A stretch of DNA of 63,955 nucleotides, counting the filler, from an uncultured bacterium (lineage in GTDB: Bacteria > CAYJRR01), in assembly GCA_964372275.1 (NCBI GenBank). It is 4 parts of 4 records of this genome, joined end to end, with 100 filler letters (N's around TTAATTAATTAA, not from the genome) between each part and the next. Parts side by side here need not be neighbours in the genome. Positions count along the whole stretch, not along the records: positions 16,295 to 32,442 come from CAYJRR010000102.1; 3 more parts are not named here. The stretch is one strand, 5' to 3'. The notes under the pieces are model-generated. The model was given only the letters and a program-made list of their open reading frames with translations. It made no database searches and had not been told where the DNA came from. Each line of letters starts with the position of its first letter. Position 1 is the first letter of the stretch. The position numbers and the translations under genes are program-made. Shown here one piece after another: positions 19,871-28,861 of the stretch.

Positions 19871-19943
19871 CTAAACAAAAAGTTTAGTGAGACTAAGTCC
19901 TGCGGTTCAGCCTCAGAAAACAATTTGTTTAGTGGCCCTAAAC
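19871..19943. promoter_or_regulatory. Two AT-rich operator-like sites upstream of the polyamine operon
   Basis: CTAAAC-N5-GTTTAG-N5-CTAAGT (19871-19898) and GAAAAC-N5-GTTTAG-N5-CTAAAC (19916-19943). Confidence 0.65.
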
Positions 19944-20096
19944 TACCAAGGGCGATCCCACCTGTCAACGAACTTTTTTCGCCGGGCCTCAGAGTTCCCG
20001 AGCCATGGCGCGAGGATACCCGAGGGCGGTGCGCTCCCTCGCCCTCCGGTCTTCACCCTAGGTTGTAGGAAAATCCCACACGGTCCGAGCGGCGTC

Positions 20097-20858
20097 TCAA
20101 CTCTGGACGGCGATCGCTCCGGTCGGCCGGTCCGAGCGCCGGAGGTGGAACCGCTCCCCGTCGAACAGCAGATGGGTGAAGTTCTCGACCCAATCGCCAC
20201 AGTTGGCGAAGGTGCCGCGGCGGCCCTCGTGGTCGAGGGTTTCGAGCGCCGGCTCGTGGGAATGGCCGAAGATTGCCGCGTCGAAGCCGTCGGCGAACGC
20301 CCGGCGGGCGCGCGCGCGGAAGAGCTCGTTGAGCCGTTGGCCGCGACCTGGGCGATAGGCGCGGCTGGTGTCGCTCGCCAGGCGCGCCACCGCCATCGCC
20401 CACGAGGGCGGCACGACCGATCCGATCGCCGTCGTCACCGGATTGCGGAGCAGCCGGTGGAGGAGGCGGTAGCCGTGGTCGGCGGGGTCGGCGAGGTCGC
20501 CGTGGCAGAGCAGGATCCGCTTCCCGGCGACCCGGACCTCCCCCTCCCCCACGAACGTCTCGAACCGGAACGCCCCGCGAAACGCCTCGGCGATGCGGAA
20601 CTCGTGGTTCCCCTCGACGTAGGCGAGCCGCATCCCGGATCGGGCCAGCTCGTCGAAGGCGGCCAGCGCCGGGAGGTGCTGCCAGTAGACGACCCCACGG
20701 AACCCCCAGAAGAAGTCGAACAGGTCCCCGACGACGAACATCGCGTCGACCCTCCCCTTCCAGGAACGAAGGAATTCGGCGAACGGGGCGGTGCGCGGGT
20801 CGTCGATCCCCTGGAGGTGGACGTCGCTGACGAAGACGGCGGTGCGCGGCTCGTTCAA
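20097..20858 (-). CDS. lpxH: UDP-2,3-diacylglucosamine diphosphatase (metallophosphoesterase)
   Basis: SDVHL, GDLFDF, GNHE, HGD, GHSH, N.GDW. Confidence 0.85.
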   Translation of the reverse strand: MNEPRTAVFVSDVHLQGIDDPRTAPFAEFLRSWKGRVDAMFVVGDLFDFFWGFRGVVYWQHLPALAAFDELARSGMRLAYVEGNHEFRIAEAFRGAFRFETFVGEGEVRVAGKRILLCHGDLADPADHGYRLLHRLLRNPVTTAIGSVVPPSWAMAVARLASDTSRAYRPGRGQRLNELFRARARRAFADGFDAAIFGHSHEPALETLDHEGRRGTFANCGDWVENFTHLLFDGERFHLRRSDRPTGAIAVQS

Positions 20859-20880
20859 CGGCCGCGGATCCTAACTCCCT

Positions 20881-20908
20881 TTGACAGCCGTCGGCACCCG
20901 GCTATCAT
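20881..20908 (+). promoter_or_regulatory. Sigma70-type promoter of tRNA-Val
   Basis: TTGACA-N16-TATCAT followed by a GC-rich discriminator, 14 nt before the tRNA. Confidence 0.8.
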
Positions 20909-20922
20909 GGGCCGCCTTTTCC

Positions 20923-20996
20923 GGGGTCTTAGCTCAGTTGGTTAGAGCGCTTCCTTGACATGGAAGAGGTCAGAGGTTCGACTCCTCTAGACCCCA
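20923..20996 (+). tRNA. tRNA-Val (GAC), CCA not encoded
   Basis: Acceptor stem GGGGTCT/AGACCCC; D-arm AGCTCAGTTGGTTAGAGC; anticodon arm CTTCC-TTGACAT-GGAAG; T-loop GGTTCGACTCC. Confidence 0.97.
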
Positions 20997-21009
20997 CCCG
21001 AGCGGCTCG

Positions 21010-22380
21010 ATGTCGAAACCCTCCGCGCGAAAACGCCACGTGCGACGCGCGGCCCGTACCGATCGTATTGCGCTGGCCTTCGCCGACGAGGCGGGGCGCC
21101 TCTACGAGCACCCCACGCTCGACGCGGCCATCTGCGTCGGGACGTCGCCGCGGGCCGCGCCGCCGGGGACGTTCCGCCCGGTGCCGGACGCCGGGACGAG
21201 CGCCAACGTCGCTTCGCTACCGGGCCGATTGCCGGTCGGTGTCGACCGGGCGACGGGCAAGGTCGAAGTGGTCGAGTCGGTACGGATGGGCGCGCGGTCG
21301 ATCCGGCCGGTGGCGGTGGCGGCCCTGTTCCCTCCCGGCTGGACCCGCACCCACCTCCCCGCCTACCACACTCGCGGGCTCTCCCCCGTCCTCCCGCTCT
21401 ACGCCTACGCGGCGGCGGGGTTCGCCGGCGGCACGCTCGTCGGCGCCGCGATTCGCACCGATCGGAGGAGGCACTGGGATCCGTCGCTCTACAGCACACC
21501 CGATCTCGACGACCGGATCCGGGCCCGGATCGCACGCGACCCCGGAAACCGCGTCCTCGACCAGGTCGCCCGCTGCGCGCACGAGTACCGCTGCTTCACC
21601 GCCCAGAACGTCTTCTACGAGCGGTGGGAAGGGGCGATCCCGCTCTCGCCGGCCTGCAACGCCGCCTGCGTCGGCTGCATCTCCGAGCAGGACCCCGAGA
21701 CCGGACCGCCGCCGTCGCAGTGGCGGATTGCCGTCGGACCGGAGGTCGACGAATGCGTGCGCGTCGCCGCCTCCCATTTCGCCGCGGCAGGAAGCGAGGC
21801 GATCGTCTCCTGGGGACAGGGCTGCGAAGGGGAGCCGCTGCTGCGCGCCGACGCCATCGCCGACGCCTGCCGAGACGTTCGACGCCGGACCTCGTCCGGC
21901 ACGCTGCACGTGAACACCAACGGCAGCCGGCCCGAGGTGTACGCGGGCCTGCGCGAAGCCGGCCTCGACTCGGTGCGCATCTCGCTCAACGCCGCGGAGA
22001 AGACGGCCTACGAGGCCTACTACCGGCCGACTGGCTACGGCTGGGAGGCGGTCGCGCGCGGCGTCGCCGAGGCCAAGCGGGTGGGCCTTTTCGTCTCGCT
22101 CAACCTGCTCCTGTTCCCCGGCTTCAACGACCGGCCGCGGCAGGCGGAGGCGCTCGTCGACCTGGTGGCCGCGGCAAAGCCCGACCTGATCCAGACACGG
22201 AACCTATCCATCGACCCCGACGCCTACCTCGGCTGCCTGCCGCCCGAGGAAGGGGAGCCGATCGGGATCGAGACGCTGCTGCGACGGTTGGTGGCGGCAC
22301 GGCCGGGCTTGAAGATCGGAAACTTCAACGTCCCGCGCGAAGCGTTCGACGAGCCCCTGCTCGCCGCGGAGCTCGCGTGA
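21010..22380 (+). CDS. Radical SAM protein of unknown function
   Basis: CNAACVGC (CxxxCxxC); GQGCEGEPLL; NTNGS. Confidence 0.88.
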   Translation: MSKPSARKRHVRRAARTDRIALAFADEAGRLYEHPTLDAAICVGTSPRAAPPGTFRPVPDAGTSANVASLPGRLPVGVDRATGKVEVVESVRMGARSIRPVAVAALFPPGWTRTHLPAYHTRGLSPVLPLYAYAAAGFAGGTLVGAAIRTDRRRHWDPSLYSTPDLDDRIRARIARDPGNRVLDQVARCAHEYRCFTAQNVFYERWEGAIPLSPACNAACVGCISEQDPETGPPPSQWRIAVGPEVDECVRVAASHFAAAGSEAIVSWGQGCEGEPLLRADAIADACRDVRRRTSSGTLHVNTNGSRPEVYAGLREAGLDSVRISLNAAEKTAYEAYYRPTGYGWEAVARGVAEAKRVGLFVSLNLLLFPGFNDRPRQAEALVDLVAAAKPDLIQTRNLSIDPDAYLGCLPPEEGEPIGIETLLRRLVAARPGLKIGNFNVPREAFDEPLLAAELA

Positions 22381-23102
22381 CGCCGGCGTTTCTCGCGCGC
22401 GACGATTCGTTCATCGCCGTCGCCAAGACGGCCGGCGACCTGGTGATCCCGGACCGCCTCCGAAAGGAGGGCCCCACCCTCTTCGATCGCACGCGAGCGG
22501 CGGTCGGCGGAACGCTCTACCTCGTGCACCGCCTCGATCGCGAAACCTCCGGCGTCGTCCTGTTCGCCCGCACCGTCGAGGCCCAGCGCCTGCTTTCGGC
22601 GGCGTTCGAGCGCGGCGAGGTCGAGAAGGAGTATGTGGCGCTCGTCGACGGCCTCCCGCGTGCCGACGAGGGGCGGATCGACCTCCCGATCGCCGCCGCC
22701 CGCAAGGGACGGATGGTCGTGCGCGACGGCGGCAAGTCCGCCGCCACCCGCTGGGCCGTCCGCGAGCGCTTCGCGCGCCACGCCGGGAGCCCGCAGGAAC
22801 GGACGCTGCTGGCTGTCTTTCCCGAGACCGGCCGGACGCACCAGATCCGCGTCCACCTCGCCGCGATCGGCCACCCGCTCGTCGGCGACCGCCGCTACAA
22901 CCCCGCCTGGCGCGCCGCCGCCAAAGGGGACCCGCCACCCGCCGGCAGCCCGATCGACCGCGTGGCGCTGCACGCCGCGGCGATCGTCTTCCCGCTGAGC
23001 AAGCAACGCTTCCGCGTCGAAGCGCCCCTGCCGGCCGACTTCGCGCGGGCGTTGGAGCGGCTGCGGGGGACGGAGCCGGGCCGAACGGAACCGTACCGGT
23101 AG
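22377..23102 (+). CDS. RluA-family pseudouridine synthase
   Basis: VHRLDRETSG, KEY.ALV.G, TGRTHQIRVHL..IGHP.VGD..Y, LHA; GTGA overlap with the radical SAM gene. Confidence 0.92.
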   Translation: MTPAFLARDDSFIAVAKTAGDLVIPDRLRKEGPTLFDRTRAAVGGTLYLVHRLDRETSGVVLFARTVEAQRLLSAAFERGEVEKEYVALVDGLPRADEGRIDLPIAAARKGRMVVRDGGKSAATRWAVRERFARHAGSPQERTLLAVFPETGRTHQIRVHLAAIGHPLVGDRRYNPAWRAAAKGDPPPAGSPIDRVALHAAAIVFPLSKQRFRVEAPLPADFARALERLRGTEPGRTEPYR

Positions 23103-23262
23103 CGGTAGACGTATCCCTATCGGACTCCGATCCGAAGCTGTATCGGTATCGGTATCCGAGTCCAATCCGAGCCGAGCCGGTCCGATCGGAGTCGGTCCAG
23201 ATACCGATTTCGATCGGATTCGGGTCGGCTACCGGTACCGATTCGGTTCGGATCGGATTCGA
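23081..23262. repeat. Hexamer-periodic imperfect inverted repeat between convergent genes
   Basis: GTATCG/GGATTC-type 6-nt units; perfect IR GTACCGGTAGC (23093-23103) / GCTACCGGTAC (23228-23238). Confidence 0.65.
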
Positions 23263-23267
23263 CCCGC

Positions 23268-25490
23268 CTACTTCGGCGGAAACGATCGCCACGCGGCGAC
23301 CAGCGACGCCAGTGTTTCGTCGAGCAGCCCCTCGATCGTCAGCCGATCGCCGCCCACCGTCCCCAGGCGGACCGCGGGGGCGCCGCAGCGGGCGGCGAGC
23401 GATTCGAGGTCGGCGGCGCGGTCGGGCTTCACCGAGACGACGTAGCGCCCGTGCGACTCGCCGAACAGGGCGATGTCGCCGCGGCCGCTCGTCCCCCGCG
23501 CGGTGGCGAGGAGCGCGATGCGCGCGCCGATCGGTTCGGGTCGGCGCGCGAGGCAGCATTCGGCCAGGGCGACGGCCAGACCGCCGTCGGAGAGGTCGTG
23601 GGCGGTGCGGGCCAGGCCGGTCGCCACCGCTTCGCGCACACCGGCGGCGGCGGCGCGCTCGGCGGGCCAGTCGATCGCCGGCGGCGGCCCCTCGACGCGC
23701 CCGTGGACGGCCGACAGGTATTCGCTGCCGCCGAGGCCGGGCTCTCCGCGACCGACGAGGAAAATCACATCCCCGTCCGACTCGAAGGCGATCGCCCCCA
23801 GGCGCGACCGCTCGTCGACCTTCTCGATCAGGCCGACCATCCCCACCGTCGGCGTCGGATGGATCGCCACCCCTTCGGTCTCGTTGTAGAGGGAGACGTT
23901 GCCGGAGACGACCGGGACCTGGAGCTCGCGGCAGGCCTCCGCGATCCCGTCGATGGCACGCTCGAGCTGCCACATGATCTCGTGGCGCTCGGGGTTTCCG
24001 AAGTTCAAGCAGTCGGTGATCGCCAACGGTGTCGCCCCGCTGCACGAGACGTTGCGCGCGGCCTCCGCCACCGCCGACGCGCCGCCGAGGAACGGGTCGA
24101 GGGCGCCGTAGCGGCCGTTGCAGTCGGTCGAGCAGGCGATCGCCTTCCCCGTCCCCTTGATCCGCAGCACCGCGGCGTCACCGTCGCCGGGCCGGAGCAA
24201 CGTATTCGTTCGGACCATGTGGTCGTACTGCCGCCAGATCCAGCTCTTGTCGGAGAGGTTGGGGCTGGCGAGCAGCCGCCGGAGGGTGCCGCCGAGGTCG
24301 TTCGGCTCCGGCACGGTCGCCGGATCGACGGCCTTCCGCGGCGGCGGCGCCTTCGACGGCCGGCGGTAGAGCGGCGCCTCGTTGGAGATCGGCGCGACCG
24401 GCATGTCGACGTAGGTCTTTCCCCCCATCGTGACGACCAGCCGCCCGGTGTCGGTCACCTCGCCGACCACGGCGCACTCCAGGTCCCACTTGTCGAAGAT
24501 GCGGCGGACCTCCGCCTCGCGCCCCTTCTTCGCCACCAGCAGCATCCGCTCCTGGCTCTCGGAGAGCATGATCTCGTAGGGGGTCATCCGCTCTTCGCGC
24601 ACCGGCACGCGATCGAGATCGAGCCGAAGTCCGTTCCCGGCGCGCCCCGCCATCTCCACCGAAGAGGAGGTCAGCCCCGCCGCCCCCATGTCCTGGATGC
24701 CCACCACGGCGTCGGTCTCGAACAGCTCCAGGCACGCCTCCAGCAGGAGCTTCTCGGTGAACGGATCGCCGACCTGCACCGTGGGGCGCTTCGACTCCGA
24801 AGCTTCGTCGAATTCGGCCGAGGCCATCGTCGCGCCGTGGATCCCGTCGCGCCCGGTCCGCGCGCCGACGTAGATCACCGGGTTCCCCGGGCCGCTGGCG
24901 AATCCTCGGAAGATCCGGTCGGCCTTCACCAGCCCCAGGGCGAAGACGTTGACCAGGATGTTCCCGTCGTAGGCGGCGTCGAAGACCGTCTCCCCGCCGG
25001 CGGTCGGCACCCCGAAGGCGTTGCCGTACCCCGCGATCCCGCCCACCACGCCGCCGAGCAGGTAACGCGTCCGGGGATGGTCGAACGATCCGAAGCGCAG
25101 CGAGTCCATGCACAGGATCGGGCGCGCGCCCATGGTGAAGATGTCGCGGAGGATCCCGCCCACGCCGGTGGCGGCCCCCTGGTAGGGCTCGATGTAGGAG
25201 GGATGGTTGTGGCTCTCCATCTTGAAGGCGACGCCCAGCCCGTCGCCGATGTCGACCACCCCCGCGTTCTCGCCCGGCCCCTGCAGCACGCGCGGCCCGG
25301 TGGTGGGGAACTTTTTCAGGTGCACGCGGCTCGACTTGTAGGAGCAGTGCTCGCTCCACATCACCGAGAAGATCCCGAGCTCGGTGATCGACGGAAGCCG
25401 CCCGAGGATCGTTCGGATACGGGAGAACTCCTCGTCGTCGAGCCCGTGCTCCCGCGCGAGCGCGCCGTCCACCACCACGTCCATCTTCAT
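23268..25490 (-). CDS. purL: Phosphoribosylformylglycinamidine synthase subunit PurL
   Basis: [68 protein letters not shown]. Confidence 0.96.
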   Translation of the reverse strand: MKMDVVVDGALAREHGLDDEEFSRIRTILGRLPSITELGIFSVMWSEHCSYKSSRVHLKKFPTTGPRVLQGPGENAGVVDIGDGLGVAFKMESHNHPSYIEPYQGAATGVGGILRDIFTMGARPILCMDSLRFGSFDHPRTRYLLGGVVGGIAGYGNAFGVPTAGGETVFDAAYDGNILVNVFALGLVKADRIFRGFASGPGNPVIYVGARTGRDGIHGATMASAEFDEASESKRPTVQVGDPFTEKLLLEACLELFETDAVVGIQDMGAAGLTSSSVEMAGRAGNGLRLDLDRVPVREERMTPYEIMLSESQERMLLVAKKGREAEVRRIFDKWDLECAVVGEVTDTGRLVVTMGGKTYVDMPVAPISNEAPLYRRPSKAPPPRKAVDPATVPEPNDLGGTLRRLLASPNLSDKSWIWRQYDHMVRTNTLLRPGDGDAAVLRIKGTGKAIACSTDCNGRYGALDPFLGGASAVAEAARNVSCSGATPLAITDCLNFGNPERHEIMWQLERAIDGIAEACRELQVPVVSGNVSLYNETEGVAIHPTPTVGMVGLIEKVDERSRLGAIAFESDGDVIFLVGRGEPGLGGSEYLSAVHGRVEGPPPAIDWPAERAAAAGVREAVATGLARTAHDLSDGGLAVALAECCLARRPEPIGARIALLATARGTSGRGDIALFGESHGRYVVSVKPDRAADLESLAARCGAPAVRLGTVGGDRLTIEGLLDETLASLVAAWRSFPPK

Positions 25491-26191
25491 CGCGTCTCCT
25501 CGCCCGCTCCCTCGACGTAGGAGACGAGCGCTTGTCGCGCCACCCGGGCGCGCTTTCCCTCCCGCTCCTGCCAAGCCTCGGCATAGACCAGCCCGACGCC
25601 GGGGGCATACAGCTTCAACCCGACGAGCGTTCCCGCGAGATGGGCCACTTCCAGGCAACGGGTGAACCGCCCGGCCGGCACCTCCACCGTCCGGTCGAAC
25701 GAGGTGACCACCTTGTACCCGGAGGACGGAATCGGAGCCATCGTCGCTGGCGCCTCGTTGCGGCGGGTGGTGAACGTCGACTGCGGCCGCCCCTCGCCAT
25801 CCCGGACCGGGTGGACCATCGGCTCGGCAAGCCCGCCGTCGAAGCGCCGTCCGACCGTCAGCGGACCTTCGAGCAGCACGCTCCAGATCCCCGGGGAGAC
25901 CGAGATCGCCACGCGCTCCCCTTGCCGCAGGTAGTAGCGCTCCCCGCCGGCGTCGAGCAGGTATCGCGTCTCGCCGCCGGCCCCGACCGTCCGCCCGAGG
26001 ATCCGGTACTCGAGCCGCTCCGGGCCGGCGAGGGAGGTCGACTCGTAGACCCAGGCGCTCCCGACGCGCAAGGGGAAGTACTCCTCGATCGCGTGGCGCT
26101 GCGCGCAGCCGGCCGCCAGGAGCGCCGCCGCCCCCGCCCCCGAACGCGTGGCGTCGCGCCACCGCCGCGGTCGCACCCCGGCCGCCCTCAC
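25487..26191 (-). CDS. Hypothetical lipoprotein within the pur operon
   Basis: Lipobox LAAGC; YFPL..G..W.Y and V.VPAG.F..CL.V...YA.GVG.V; overlaps purQ stop and purL start. Confidence 0.7.
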   Translation of the reverse strand: MRAAGVRPRRWRDATRSGAGAAALLAAGCAQRHAIEEYFPLRVGSAWVYESTSLAGPERLEYRILGRTVGAGGETRYLLDAGGERYYLRQGERVAISVSPGIWSVLLEGPLTVGRRFDGGLAEPMVHPVRDGEGRPQSTFTTRRNEAPATMAPIPSSGYKVVTSFDRTVEVPAGRFTRCLEVAHLAGTLVGLKLYAPGVGLVYAEAWQEREGKRARVARQALVSYVEGAGEETR

Positions 26192-26892
26192 GGCCCTCGT
26201 CCCTGCGCCAGCGACTCCCAGACCCGGAGACCGTCCCGGCTGCCGACCGCCGCTTCGGAGGCCCGGTCGGGGTGCGGCATCATCCCGATCACGTTCCCGC
26301 GCTCGTTGCAGATGCCGGCGATCGACTTGAGCGACCCGTTCGGGTTCGACGCGGGGGTCACGTTTCCGTCGCGGTCGCAGTAGCGGAAGACGACCTGCCC
26401 GTTCCGTTCGAGCCGCTCCAGGGTCACCTCGTCGGCGAAGTAGCACCCTTCGCCGTGCGCGATCGGGATCTGCAGGCGCTCGCCGGCCCGCATCCCGCGC
26501 GAGGCGTGCGAGCGCCGGCTTTCGACCTTGAGCCAGACGTCGTCGCAGATGAAGGCGAGGTCGCGGTTGCGCAGCAGCGTCCCGGGGAGCAGCCCGCTCT
26601 CGCAGAGCACCTGGAAGCCGTTGCAGACCCCGATCACCGTCCCCCCGGCGTCGGCGAAGCGTTTCACCGCCGCCATGATCGGACTCAACGACGCGATCGC
26701 CCCGCACCGCAGGTAGTCGCCGTAGGAGAAGCCGCCGGGGAGGACGACGACGTCGAGCCCCGCCGGCAGCTCGGTCTCCTTGTGCCAGACGACCCGCGTC
26801 GACCAGCCGGCCGCGACGCGCGTCGACCAATCGCAGTCGTGATCGCAGTTGCTCCCCGGGAAGACGACGACCGCGGCCTTCGGGCCGGTCAC
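26188..26892 (-). CDS. purQ: FGAM synthase glutaminase subunit
   Basis: [43 protein letters not shown]. Confidence 0.96.
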   Translation of the reverse strand: MTGPKAAVVVFPGSNCDHDCDWSTRVAAGWSTRVVWHKETELPAGLDVVVLPGGFSYGDYLRCGAIASLSPIMAAVKRFADAGGTVIGVCNGFQVLCESGLLPGTLLRNRDLAFICDDVWLKVESRRSHASRGMRAGERLQIPIAHGEGCYFADEVTLERLERNGQVVFRYCDRDGNVTPASNPNGSLKSIAGICNERGNVIGMMPHPDRASEAAVGSRDGLRVWESLAQGRGP

Positions 26893-27131
26893 GGCACGAT
26901 CTCCACCCGGACGTCCTCCATCACCGGGTTGGCCAGAAGCTTCCTGCACATCTCCTGCACCCGCTCCTTCGCGCGGGCGGCGTCCTTCTCCTCGAGGCGG
27001 ATCTCGAAGAACTTCCCCTGCCGCACGTCGGCGACCTCCGCGAAGCCGAGCGTCTGCAAGCCGCCGCGGACCGCCTTCCCTTGGGGATCGAGGACGCCGC
27101 TCTTGTAGGTGACGTAGACCAAGGCCTTCAT
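26889..27131 (-). CDS. purS: FGAM synthase PurS subunit
   Basis: K.GVLDPQG; VRQGK; LLANPV.E. Confidence 0.95.
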   Translation of the reverse strand: MKALVYVTYKSGVLDPQGKAVRGGLQTLGFAEVADVRQGKFFEIRLEEKDAARAKERVQEMCRKLLANPVMEDVRVEIVP

Positions 27132-28573
27132 CGTTTGCCTCTCTTGCGAAGGTGGGCCCGGCGGGGGGATCGGCGGGGCCGGGCCGAAACCGTGGCGGTA
27201 CCCGTAGCCGTAGCCGGATCCGAAGCCGAACCCGATCCAGAAGCGGCAGCCGCTGGCGAAGCCGCCGCCGAGCCCGAATCCGAGCCGAAGACCCGGCGGA
27301 AGATCGCGTCCACCCCGGCGCGGTGGTGCCGCTCGTCGAAGAGGACGTCGAGCTCGGCCGGTGGGAGCCGCCGCGTCACCTCCGGATCGCGCACGAGCTC
27401 CGCGCGGAAGCTCCCCCGCGTCGACCACGCCGCCATCGCGTTCCGCTGCACCACGCGATACGCCTCCTCGCGCGTCATCCCCTTCCCGACCAGCGCCAAC
27501 AACACCCGCTCGGAATGATGGAGGCCGCCGGACGAGGCGAGGTTCTCGGCCATCCGCTCCGGATAGACGACGAGCTTCTCGAGGACGCCGGCCAGGCGGT
27601 GGAGCATGAAGTCGAGCGTCACCGTCGCGTCCGGTCCGATCACCCGTTCGACCGACGAATGGGAGATGTCGCGCTCGTGCCAGAGCGCGACGTTCTCCAT
27701 CGCGGCGTCGGCGTAGCCGCGCATCAGGCGGGCCAGCCCGGTGAGGTTCTCCGACAGGACCGGGTTGCGCTTGTGCGGCATCGCCGAGGAGCCCTTCTGC
27801 CCCGGCGAGAAGAACTCCTCCACCTCGCGCACTTCGGTCCGCTGCAGGTGGCGGATCTCGACCGCGATCCGCTCGACCGTCCCCGCGACGAGCGCCAACT
27901 GCGAGAAGTATTCGGCGTGGCGGTCCCGGGGGACGACCTGGGTGGCGACCGGTTCCGGCTTCAGGCCGATCCGTTCGCAGACGTACGTCTCCACGTCGGG
28001 AGGCACGTTGGCGAAGCTGCCGACCGCCCCCGAGACCTTTCCGTAGGAGACGACGTCGATCGCGCGCACGAGCCGCTCGCGCGCGCGCGACAGCTCGGCG
28101 AACCAGGAGGCGGCCTTGAGACCGAAGGTGATCGGCTCGGCGTGGATTCCGTGGCTGCGGCCGATCATCGGCGTCTCGCGGTGGGCGAGCGCGAGCGCCT
28201 TGGCGGCCGCGGCGGCGCGATCGACCCCCCGGGTCAACAGCTGCCCGGCCTCGCGCAACTGCACCGCGAAGGCGGTGTCGAGCACGTCGGAGGAGGTCAT
28301 CCCCAGGTGGAGAAAGCGCGCCGCCGGTCCGACCCGCTCCGCGACCGAGGTGAGGAAGGCGATCACGTCGTGCTTCACCTCGCGCTCGATCTCGTCGATG
28401 CGCGCGACGTCGAACCCGGCCTTGGCGCGGATCGTCCGCAGCGCCTCGGCGGGGGCCTCGCCGCGGCGGACGCGCGCTTCGGCGCCGAGGATCTCGATCT
28501 CGAGCCAGATCTGGAATCGGCGCGCCGGCGTCCAGACGGCGACCATCTCCGGCCGCGAGTAACGGTCGATCAC
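27128..28573 (-). CDS. purB: Adenylosuccinate lyase with low-complexity C-terminal extension
   Basis: IDRYSRPEM, HDV.AF, GRSHG.HAEP, GSSAMPHKRNP, HERDISHSSVER. Confidence 0.96.
   Translation of the reverse strand: MIDRYSRPEMVAVWTPARRFQIWLEIEILGAEARVRRGEAPAEALRTIRAKAGFDVARIDEIEREVKHDVIAFLTSVAERVGPAARFLHLGMTSSDVLDTAFAVQLREAGQLLTRGVDRAAAAAKALALAHRETPMIGRSHGIHAEPITFGLKAASWFAELSRARERLVRAIDVVSYGKVSGAVGSFANVPPDVETYVCERIGLKPEPVATQVVPRDRHAEYFSQLALVAGTVERIAVEIRHLQRTEVREVEEFFSPGQKGSSAMPHKRNPVLSENLTGLARLMRGYADAAMENVALWHERDISHSSVERVIGPDATVTLDFMLHRLAGVLEKLVVYPERMAENLASSGGLHHSERVLLALVGKGMTREEAYRVVQRNAMAAWSTRGSFRAELVRDPEVTRRLPPAELDVLFDERHHRAGVDAIFRRVFGSDSGSAAASPAAAASGSGSASDPATATGTATVSARPRRSPRRAHLRKRGKR
27181..27292. 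repeat. Hexamer-periodic simple repeat at the 3' end of purB
   Basis: CCGTAG/CCGAAG/CCGAAT-type units, related to the repeats at ~23.1 and ~32.1 kb. Confidence 0.6.
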
Positions 28574-28791
28574 GCCCCTCCCTCCCGGAGCAGGTTCACC
28601 TTGGACCCCTTGCCCCGATACCGGACATCGCGCCGGCGGCGCCCGCCGCGGACCTTCGCCGGGGCCGGCGCCGCGACGACCCGCCGCAGCCGCTCGCCGC
28701 AAGCGCCGCACCGGCCGGGGCCCCGCTCACCGGCGCGCAACAGCACCTCGACGGTGTGCCCGTTCTTGCACCGGTAGTCGAAGAGAGGCAA
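28570..28791 (-). CDS. FmdB-family zinc-ribbon protein
   Basis: TTG start; PLFDYRCKNGH..E and CGACG..LRRV; overlaps purB start. Confidence 0.65.
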   Translation of the reverse strand: MPLFDYRCKNGHTVEVLLRAGERGPGRCGACGERLRRVVAAPAPAKVRGGRRRRDVRYRGKGSKVNLLREGGA

Positions 28792-28861
28792 GGAAAGCCC
28801 GCGCGCCCCGAGGGACCGGGAAGAAACCACGGCGCCCCGGAACCTTCAAGACTTTGACGCG

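Noticed and set aside
20923-21010. tRNA as an integration site for a mobile element
   Set aside because: No integrase or duplicated tRNA 3' end seen; housekeeping-type genes follow directly
23081-23262. Short repeats as a possible CRISPR array
   Set aside because: No constant repeat with unique spacers and no cas genes
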